Assembly: GCA_000934665.2 (NCBI GenBank)
Contig: JYFJ02000808.1
Span: 1 to 64,000 of the forward strand
Reading direction: 5' to 3'
DNA: 64,000 bases
Origin: Catajapyx aquilonaris
Taxonomy: Eukaryota
A program made the position numbers and the translations under genes. The notes beneath the pieces were generated by a model. That model did not search any database, was not told where the DNA came from, and worked only from the letters and a program-made list of their open reading frames with translations. Below are positions 24,778-35,034 of the stretch, piece after piece; the stretch's first letter is position 1, and every line of letters begins with the position of its first letter.

Positions 24778-27700
24778 TACTTCAAATGAACCAGTATTAG
24801 AGCAAGAAGTATTTACGTTCGCACTAATATTTGGTCTTCAGTCTTCCTTTCTGAATGATGCCAAGTTGGCTCTGGTGTCTTCCTTTTTTTTATTCACCCT
24901 CCCACTCTTCTCCCTGGTTCCCAAAAAAAGTGAGGGGGGGGGTTTGAGGGGGGGAGAGGGGGAGATGGAAAGAAAGGCGAAGAGAAAGACTGTCCGTCCC
25001 TCGTCGTCTGCTGCTGCCTTGGAGAATAATGTTCCGAGAGAATGGCGAGGGAGCTTCTCGGGCTTAGCATTGCATTACTGTCTCCTATAGATGCCAGCGA
25101 ACCTGTGCACTCGTACACTCTTGGTCACAAGGAAAAAAAAAAGCAGGGTTTATTGCGTCAAAAAGGAGAAATTACTATTGTAGACGTTATTTTGTATATG
25201 CAGGCGAGCAGCAAGGATTCTTTGAATCATTTTCATAGTGAATTATTTACTGTAACCCGAACTAATACTGAGCAACTGAATTTGTGTCATGCTTGAATTT
25301 TTGCACAATATGATCATGCAGCAGCAATCGTGTAGGTTAAATTGTCAATTGACATGTGACGTTAAAAGAACTTGTCTATACGAGCACTTGGATTTACAGT
25401 GTTACGTTAATTAATCATTCTCTGGTGCAGAATGTTAGTACGGTGAGATTTTGTTTTATTTTTTGTGCCATGTACAGCTTATGCCCTCTCATTGGACCAT
25501 ACCCGACATTTATTACAAGGTAGTACCCTACCCAAATTTACAGTTGAGTGAGGGAGGTGAAATAAACTTATGGACTATTTACCTGAGAAACCAGTTTAGA
25601 AGTAAACAGTCACAGCAGTGTAAATCTATAATCACTCACTGTCAGTAACTATTTCCCACAAACTGTTTGAGAATCTCTGCGCAATATTTGAATATTTGAA
25701 TAGTATAAATTCATAATAAGCAACCTGCAAAAAACATCAATTGCCAGTAATTATTAATGCTCACACGAGTTACACCTGCTGTATTCTTTCCCTGTATACA
25801 AAGTATAGAGTAGGACTGGGCCGGACATCCTTGAATCCACTGTACCCGGTATAGCCCTATATCTATACACCATCCTCATCATCAGGATGGTGGGGGAGGC
25901 AGGATGGGCCTGCACTCTCCCAAATGAAACTGTTTCCCTCCCCCTTCCACCCACCCAACCCGAGCACCATTGAGGGATCAGTCCCTGACTGGGGATGGAA
26001 GTGTTGAAACTTGCAAAGCGATTGATTAACCATGCAAGCCTCCTTTCTCTTAGCTCTTCATTTCGTCTCCCACATGAAGTTTGTTACATCTCCTCCCCTC
26101 CCCTCCCTATACTGCGCCTCCATTTAAAATTCCAGATTAGGATGTAATAAGTGAGTCGTTTTTCGACGCAGTTTATTTTTTAATCGTCGTAACCGCCGGC
26201 CATTTTGTACTCCAGCTTGAAACTCCTTCCAGTAAGGGCTCGTCCTCTTCGGTCGTAAAATGCTTCGGCGCAATTAGATGGAAGGGTTATTGCTGCCATC
26301 CACCTCCTGGGCAGGATTTGCCTTCGATTTCATAATCGGTTAATAAGCCTAACTTGTCTCCCCCCTTCCACCCAAGTTTGCCTGGGAGGGAATGGGGGGG
26401 GNGGGGATGATGAGGACAATCAGGAAGGGAACAGGGAGAGAAAGGGGAGGGAGGGGGTGGGGGGTTCCACTTACGTTTGGAGACTTGAGAAGAACATAAA
26501 AAGTCGCTTTTGGTGATATTCTGAGAGGAAACTAGCAGCGGAAAGGGGGCAAATCTGATGTTCAGAGGGCGGAGGCCACTGTTGCAGAATCTTACAGTAA
26601 TTTTGTTTCGACAATGGAGACAAAAATAGAGATTTGAATTGACACAGTAATTTGCAAATAATGATAAATTAATAATGTTGCTGACATATTGTATTTTGAT
26701 GTGTTGCAATTTTCACGAAGAAAATGCATTTTCTCCAATCCAAGGAGTAGGTATTAAACAATGCCTTATATATACTCAGTGACTGAATATAAGGCATTGT
26801 TTAATCCTTGGGAGGTTTTGATGTTCAAATCAGATTTCTGATCGACAATTACTGGATTTACAACCCATTAGAAAATAAATAAAAAAGCTTCAGGAGAGGT
26901 AATGCAATGTTCAAACTTCTTATGCCAAATTCTATCAAATGCATCTTTGATTTCAGGCCTTCATATGTTAAAGCTATATACTGTAGTACTGATAGAAAAA
27001 TAATAATGTACTGTACTATGATATAAAAATTGTTTATATTTTTGACTAGTTTGATCTGTTAGTAGTCAGTGTGAAGAATGAATAATTATCATAGAAAAAA
27101 GATGGTAGGCATCATTTTGAGAAAACACTCAAAGTTGCTGAGTCAATATTCCAGAGAGAGTTTCAACCATTTGTCACTTAGCTGACTAAATACCACATTT
27201 ACACCAGTTTTTTTTCCAGCACCTGATTACTTTACCCAATTGTACTCCACATTCCGTCCAAAAATTGCCTCGGAAAAAATATGAATTGCCCCCCGACACA
27301 TGACCACCGTTCACAAATATATATACATCACCCCTGCAGAAAACGTCCTATACACACAGTTCGTGTAGCTTAAGGCTAACCCCCTGTAAAAGAAAAAAAA
27401 AGGGCAGGTACGGCCTGGCATAATACACCCGTTTTTCTTCCTAATGGAAACCCCCCCAACTTGCGGACTATATATTTCCTACCGCGAGTTTTGTGAGGAG
27501 CGAAAATCCGGAGGCCCTGTTTTTTTCCCCCTGTGTTCCTCCTGGAGTCCACACTTTTTGTGTCCCCACCCGAAAGTCATTTGCCAACTGGTGGTGTCAA
27601 GAGGGGCCTGATGCTAAACCCACACACATCGTCCGTAGATTAAGTTGAGGCAAAGGGAGGATTCCAAATGATCGCCACATTCCTCCACGAGCTTCCCCCT

Positions 27701-30501
27701 TTTTTGCCGCCATATTAAGGACCGCAGATTTATGCACGCCCTCGTTGCACTTTTTTTTTGGTGGGGGCCAACTGCGGGGAAGTCTCCCAACACGCCAACT
27801 TAGGGATTAATAGTCTCAGGTTACATGTCACACCGTGTCACACTCTCAGAGTGTGTTGTAGGAGGAGGGGGGAGGGGGGGGGGACATCGGATGCTGGGAG
27901 GGGTATGTTATCTGTACGACAGAGGTTCTCAGCGGACCCAGCGGAGTAATGAGCAGAAAAGTGATATAGCTAGGGGAGGGATGGTAGTAAGAACTGCCTG
28001 GGACCGAAAGATTAGGGGGAAGTGAGATAATTTTGTCAAATTAATTTTGCCCAGTAAACATTACGAATGCGAGGGAAAAAAATTCGGATTTGTGTATAAT
28101 GCAGGAGTTTGCAGGAGCGAGTGTGTAGGGCCTACAGCGTAATGAAATTAATGTGGTATATGCGCTTCGGGAATTATATGTTCATCATTATTCTCTGCAT
28201 GATCGATGGTAAATCCAGAACCAGTGGATGATCCATGATATTCATAAAGGATTAATCACTTCTAAATACTATCGATCAATAACTTACCCTAAATTATTTT
28301 AAGTGCGCTGCTGCTCAATGTTATTAAATGACTCGTTCTATACACAATGTAAGGGAAGGTTTCCTCGCAATTGATTTCGTCAGTTTAATTTAAATAAACA
28401 TTTTATTTTATTACACTCAGGGTTAAATTCACGAGTCAATTGGAAGGGAGTAGTCAGGCCAATATTGTATTGAGTGTTCTTTCAAGGGGAGAAAGAGACG
28501 AAACCTCCAAAATTATTTAGAGAGGAGTTACACTATATTAGTAATGTCTGGGAATGCTTGTGTATCCAGTGTAGTGTAATTCAATGAATTTAATATCTTA
28601 AGGTACGGTAATATTTTCGTCCCACTGCTAGGTACTAACTTATAGGTATACCACTGCCAACACTGGTACTGCTATTAACAGTAACTAGTATAGTGGGACG
28701 AAAATTCCACCCTTAGTACAAAGCCATTTTTTCATCGATTCTATTCAATATTTTTACAAAGTACTTAATTCAAGTGGTTGCAATTTTTACTTGCTTGTTG
28801 GAAGCTATGAGCAATACAATCACGTGTGTGAATGCTGAGAACAGCCCAAATTGAGCTAAAATAATTCAGAATAATTTCGAAAGTCAGTTCAATCGATACT
28901 ACTTGATTAGTATAAGCTCCAGTTATTTTTTTTTGTACTAACGCATATTGTCTGCATATCCATTCCTGCCTACCATCAATATTTTTTTTTGTCAGAAACC
29001 AGAAAGGTAAAAGCAATTTCCCTTCATCGCTGCAATTTGCCGCATCAAAGCACCTAACCCCGAAGTATCAAAAGGCAGCAAGCAACGAGCTCCCCCCCCC
29101 CCCNCCCCCCCAAAAAAAAAAATCAGCACTCCTGCATGTCTCTTCCTATATCAGCCCCCGAATGCAAATGAACTTGACCATGACTAGTAATAAAAACCTT
29201 TAGTATGTTCATCAAAGGAAGGATTTATAACTGGAGTAGCGGAATAAAATGGCCTAGGCTAATGGATCGTAACTAGGCCTACAGAATGGCGGGAAAAGAG
29301 TGGGTGAAAGCCCCGACCGGGCGTCGAATCCCCGAGAGATGTCGAAAAAAATAACTGCAATCCTGCCTTCAACCCCCCCTGCTTTTATGCACACCCCCCC
29401 CCCTCCCCTCTTCTGTAATTTATTATTGTAGTTATAAGGCCTTTGTGCCCGAGCAGATATGCGCTTTTATGCGTTCAGAAAGCTTATTTGACTAGAACCA
29501 GCTTGGGAGTATAGGCCTGGCTGTAAAAAGGAAGCTAATGGTAGGTAGGTGGAGAGGAGTAGGAGGGGGTCTAGAGGGAACCATAAGCCTCCCCCCACAA
29601 AATAGTAAGAGGGCAAAATGGAACAAGTGTGGTGGGACGGGTAGAGCCGTTAGCTGCAAAAACGACCCCGTCTATCTCTTTGGCTGACTGGCGTTCCGTT
29701 GGAGCGACGGCTAATGTCGTCGGAAAGGAAAGAGAGGCAGTGGGGGCACAGAAAGAGGGAGAGAGAGGGGGGGGGGGAGGCCTCCCGAGTTCAGGGGGAT
29801 TCCAAATTAAAATGTCAAGTCATATCACCGTTGGCGAAAATTAGCAAGTTGGAATCGCTCTCTATGAGCAGCGGAATGATTACAAATTCCCAGCCAAGCC
29901 CATAATCTGAGCCCGGGATCGGAGCGACTAGGAACATAACGAACCTTACGATGTTGGGGGGATTGGAGCCAAAGCCCGTCATAAACTGAGCCCGAGGCGG
30001 TGGGCATGGAGATAGGAAGAAGGATGTGCCCGGAATCTATAGCAGGCACTCCTCGTTGCCTATTCTCTTCAGGATCTCTCCAACTTGGATACCAAAACCC
30101 CTCCCCACCCACCCAAACTCCACTTTCCTACCTGCTAAAAATGAAAGGAGAGGAGAGTATTAAAAAAAAAAAAACGCGACCAACTCGGATTACAAATTAA
30201 CCCTCTAATTCGAGAACTTAATTACCGTCACGTATTTATTGACCGTAATGATCATCAAGTTATGAACATATGACTGTGACAGAGCCATATACTCGTACAA
30301 ACAGTAGGCTAAGACAAGGTATGAAAAAACTTGTCTCAGTTGTCTGGAAAAAAAACTTGATAACCCTCATTTTTGTCAGTTATTACCTGAACACCTATAG
30401 CAACAATGTAAAAAACTTGACAGTTCGATAGGCTATACTCCATGATCACGTATAATGCACATATCATATGATTTGTGACAGGAGTGAAAACTTCAATAAT
30501 T

Positions 30502-30739
30502 GGACAGTGTTATCCAATAATTGGTCAACCCACAAAAATGTCAAAATTGAGTAGTTAAGCCCAGAAACATCACCTAAAGGATAGTACTTCATTAAGTTAA
30601 AATCACTGGTGAAATCTGCATACTTCTGTCATAAATGACCGAAAAGAACACTGAATTAATTTCACATATATAACCTTCAAATCCCTTTTTCTCAAAACTG
30701 TTCTCATGTGGGTTGACTCCTTATTCCATAACACCGTCC
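30502..30739. mobile_element. MITE with AATT target duplication, nested within an older inverted repeat
   Basis: AATT|GGACAGTGTTAT...GTCAACCCACA ... TGTGGGTTGAC...ATAACACCGTCC|AATT. Outer inverted repeat AAAAACTTGATAACCCTCA (~30351) / TGAGGGTTATCAAGTTTTT (~30768). Confidence 0.6.
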
Positions 30740-33700
30740 AATTCGCTCTCCTGAAAAATTAAACTTTTGAGGGTTATCAAGTTTTTCTCCTCACCCGCAC
30801 CCCCTCGAATAATGACAATTTTCTCGTCGCCTTTTAACACCTACACAGTCAAATGGTGTCAATCCTAGCATCAATAATTATCCCACCTTATTATAGTGAG
30901 AGCTCGAAGAGCTCAATAAAATAGTTTGCCTAATAAAACGGCCTAGAGATAGAGATAGCCCACAGCACAGCTCTAAGACCCCCAGGCAGGGCTTAACTCA
31001 AGTAAAACCCAACATCCTCCATGACAGACCCCTTCGCAGTCGCCCAATTAAATCCGGTTCTAACTCCTGGAGTGATTCCTGCTACTTCCACGATCCTGGC
31101 GATAGGTATCGGGATTAAAACTTTCTTTGCACCGCACACCACTGCTGCCCCCTTCGACCAAGGGACACCTTGATGAACCTGCACTGTCCGTCTAGGGACG
31201 TCCCCATCTTGAGCCCCCAGGTCTTACAGGCTTAAACCCTATTGTACAGTGAACTAGGGAGGTAGACGACAAAGAAATATATGGACAGGAATTAGCTGTT
31301 GACCAGATGAATCCCCTAGATGAACTTGACTTCCCCCTCCTTTGCTTTCTATCTCTTCCAATCAAAGATGGAATTCTCATTGACAGACCCTGCTGGGAAG
31401 CTGGGGATGAAATAGAGAGGATCTCAAAAAAAGAAACCTAAAAATCTGGCTCGAAGCCTCCGCCATTTATCACGTCAAGGGGACTAGAAAGAGAGAGTGG
31501 GGCGAAAAAAGAGGAAAGAAGTGTAATCTTTCGAGACTTGAAGTAACCAGATTGATAGGCACAGGTAAAGAAAACAAGCGGAGTTTTGTTGTCCGAAAAA
31601 GCAGGTGAGAATTAGAAGACAAATGGCGGCGCCCATCGTGAGGCTGATCAAGCAACTAATCAGACTGGGCGAATCCACAAAATTGGAGCAGGATATTTTT
31701 CATCCCCCTCCCTCTACCACCACACAGGGGTTGGCAGACACGAGCACCAATCTTTCTTCCAACGTCGGCCATAAATCTTGCTTTAGGTCCAGACTTCAGC
31801 TTTTTGGGGAAGAGAAAATTCTCCTCACCTTTTTTTTTTTTTGTTCTGGATGAGTATGGTGGGCGCCATTTTCGAATTTCTGCACTTGGAAATGCAATGT
31901 TGCAACCCGTCTCCTAAAATTTATGAGAACTGACAAAGAGAAAAGATGCGAATATATCAGCCCCCTTCTGGAGCCAAAAACCCTCCCCCACCCCCCACCC
32001 ACCTAGTTTGGCCCGGGGGCCACATAAATCACGGCGCCAACAGCTGGCCGGCCATAATAGAGCACCAGATCCTCATGTGACAGCGTGGATTCGCCACCTA
32101 AGTCAACCTAAGTCCCCAGGCTTTACCTCCCTAGTCATTTGATCCGCTTAAGAAAATTTGTGCTGAGAGAGGGATTTTAGAAGCCCACCCCCTCCACCCT
32201 CCAGAACCTCCCTCCACCCCCACCCCACTCTCCTTTTGTTTTTCGCTACCTTGGAATCCATAAAACCAGGAGGCCATATCATTCCAGCAGTCGGCCATCT
32301 TGGGATTGGAAATGTATAGGACGGAACATTGAGCTCGACCCAAACCATACAAGGAAGAAAGCGAGACCCGAAAAAAAATATTATTTGGTTAAATGTGGCA
32401 CCCCTGCTGAGAATCGCCTCGATTATTGGCACCAGACTTTTTGAATATGGTGATAGGGCTCCATTTTTCGCAGCGCCACGTTTCCCGGGGCACACAGAGA
32501 GAAAAAAAAAAAATCAAGGGGAGGAATATCGATATCTGGGGCTGTGGACGTGGTATTATGCAGCTTTCTTTCTTGGGGAGGGCAAGGAGTGGGGTAGGTG
32601 AGATGAAAGAATTGGAAAGTTTGGATAAGAAAAGGAGCTGGCTGCATATAGAAGAAAGATGATATGAAGGAGGGAAAAAAAGTTCGTAAGCATCATTTTA
32701 GCACTTTAGCTCTTTGTGGGTTGTATAATAAAATAACTATATCTTCCCAGAATCAGAAGGTCCATCATTGGTTGGACAGAGATGGGGAGCAGTGAACTAG
32801 GGGAGGGATTAAGGGCTTGACGTCACGGATTCTGCTCCAAATTCGCTTGGTCCATTTATCGCCAAAGAAGAATACCAAAATGTCAAACGAACAGGGCTTT
32901 AAGCCAGTTTGATTCTCAATAATTGCAAATAACTATGATCACTCTCAACGAAAAAATTGTCAACACATTATGTTCCAGGATTAATAGAAATTGAGCTATT
33001 CTTTTTAAAGAATACCCAGCGTAACAAGGTACATGTATTTAATTCTATTCACTCGTTTTACATTGTCGCAGAGTATGGCCTGCTTGAGCCTAGCAAGAAG
33101 AGGATGAATCAAAAAGAAGCTTTCGTACCTGGTCGATGATTTTGAAGAGTCCATTGCTGCAAGTCCGAAGATGAGCACCTCCCGTCTGCCATCTTTGGAG
33201 GGAAACTGAAAACAGCCGACAAAATATAAAATCTCAGCTTATTTTGGCTCTTTCAGAGTTTTTAAAATATGCCCAAGTGTGCATTTTACAAAATAATATT
33301 GTTCCCGGACCACATTCGATCCATCCTTCGAATTGACTTTGATCCTGCAGGTTATACTTCTTGCGCGACAAGGATGTGGTTGCCCACCAATCAGGATCAA
33401 ATGAAGCCAGTAGGCCTACTGCAGTCCAGACAACAAACAATTCTTTAAAATATCATAAACATGTAAAGTACTCTTACCACTGCAGTTTATGAGATGAATG
33501 CAGTGAGATGGAAGTTATGTGTTTATTAATTACATGTGCCTAGTTATTATTACATCTTCTAGTCCAGTTACTAAATTACTATGTAATAAGTTCCTTATTG
33601 TTCTTGTTGCTACTGATTTCCTGATTTATAATGCTTTCATAATGATTCAGACCTCTAGAAAGTGAACTCCTGGATCCCAGAGGATCACTTCATGTAGAGG

Positions 33701-34052
33701 TGTCAGTTGGTCTCAGCATCATCTTCACTGAGATAATTAGCATTGATCAAAGAATGTGCCTTCAGAACATCTCAAATGCCAAGGTTACACCATATACACT
33801 TCTTCAATCGCCTCACTAACTGCCAGGTAGGCCTTCACTAACTGAGCTCAAAGTAGGGCCTAACATGTTTGCAGGTTCACAAAAATGGTGCATACATTAC
33901 AGGCTTACATGCTTTCTTTAGTTCAGTCATAGGCCTAAATACATGGTTTTGGGTCCACTGCAACTACACCACAAAATCAATCGTAAACATGTCCCCATAC
34001 ATTATTTTGTAAATTTAGATATGCGTCTATGTACAGTAACTCCTACGAGTAA

Positions 34053-34222
34053 AGGCCGGTATCCACGTACGAGATTCTCGCATACGAGGAGCCAACTGCG
34101 CATGCCCAGATACGAGAAAGTTGAAAATTTTCAACTTTTTCCCCTTTCCTCGCATTTGGGCATGCGCATTTGGCTCCTCGCGGCTCCTCGTATGCGAGAA
34201 TCTCGTACGTGGATACCGGCCT
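34053..34222. mobile_element. Fold-back PIF/Harbinger (Tourist-like) MITE
   Basis: TAA|AGGCCGGTATCCACGTACGAGATTCTCGCATACGAGGAGCC ... GGCTCCTCGTATGCGAGAATCTCGTACGTGGATACCGGCCT|TAA. Confidence 0.85.
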
Positions 34223-34224
34223 TA

Positions 34225-34352
34225 AGGTAGCAGACCTGAAGCTCAAAATAGCCTCCAAGAGAAAGGTGCTCCTCCCTGTTCCTCACGACCTGTCAGGAAG
34301 AGGTAGGTGCGCCTCACTTGGATAATATTTTTGAGCTTCAGGTCTGCTATCT
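34225..34352. mobile_element. Second PIF/Harbinger-like MITE abutting the first
   Basis: TTA|AGGTAGCAGACCTGAAGCTCAAAA ... TTTTGAGCTTCAGGTCTGCTATCT|TTA. Confidence 0.75.
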
Positions 34353-34360
34353 TTACTCCT

Positions 34361-34634
34361 GGAAGTGACGACTGTACAGGCAAACCTCACCCCCCAAATT
34401 TCCACCCGTACTGCACCTTCTCACAACACCAAGATGTGATGCGACAGGTGCCCCCTTCACCCCAGACGCGCTCGAGACGTGGCAGAGATGATGCACAGCT
34501 CTGCTCAGCGCCTCAGCCACACTTGGAAGTGAGCCGAAGCCGTGCCAATCTCAAGGTGACCCCTCCGACTCCGTGGTTGCCTACACCTTGCTCAGTGACC
34601 ATCTTCTCGGTCACCTAATCAGTCCTTCACATCC
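34361..34634 (-). ncRNA. Candidate structured intronic RNA (six hairpins plus closing stem), family unknown
   Basis: Hand-folded stems with G-U pairs favouring the minus strand; starts 12 nt after a GGTAAGTAT donor. See findings. Confidence 0.35.
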
Positions 34635-34639
34635 CTCAA

Positions 34640-35034
34640 TACTTACCAAATGGTCATTGACCCCCGACGCGACGCTTCCCGCCTTGAGAACGCAGCCGCC
34701 ACCTTAGTTCGCTCACCGGAAGTGCGCCGCAGTATATGAATGCAATGCGATCATGCATTGACTTTAAAAATTCATCCTAAACTTTAATTTAATTTTACTG
34801 GTGTTATCACTTTTTTTAAAAACCGGGTTCACAACTTTTAACTCACAATGTTATCTGATTGGTCGCTAGAGGGCAGGCACCTCATTGCCGTTTTAACGAC
34901 AATTATTTTCTATTTAATTTCAATTTATAACATTAATTTATTAAATCCATTTTAACCAGGTTTCAACAGGCGCAATAAGCAGCGAGGTTTGAGAGCCGCT
35001 ATGCTGCTTCCGGCCCAGCCGCATCAATGCAAAG
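34640..35034. promoter_or_regulatory. Putative bidirectional promoter (IGBP1 on +; spliced transcript on -)
   Basis: CpG-rich patches at both ends; ETS-type CCGGAAGT (~34716) and CTTCCGG (~35007); ATTGG (CCAAT box) at ~34858; CTCF-like TCGCTAGAGGGCAG at 34863; perfect minus-strand donor at 34646. Confidence 0.5.

Noticed and set aside
26753..26805. AT-rich hairpin as a pre-miRNA
   Set aside because: Perfect Watson-Crick arms with no strand bias; more likely a collapsed MITE like others in the window.
34361..34634. 7SK, RNase P/MRP or telomerase RNA identity for the structured segment
   Set aside because: The GGAAGTG/GGATGTG ends recall 7SK, but GATC motifs and a U-rich terminator are missing. 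No CR-I/CR-V motifs; ACCTAA is too short for a telomerase template.
34639..34800. U1 snRNA (ATACTTACC on +)
   Set aside because: Only the first 9 nt match; no U1-70K loop, U1A loop or Sm site. Better explained as a consensus 5' splice site on the minus strand.
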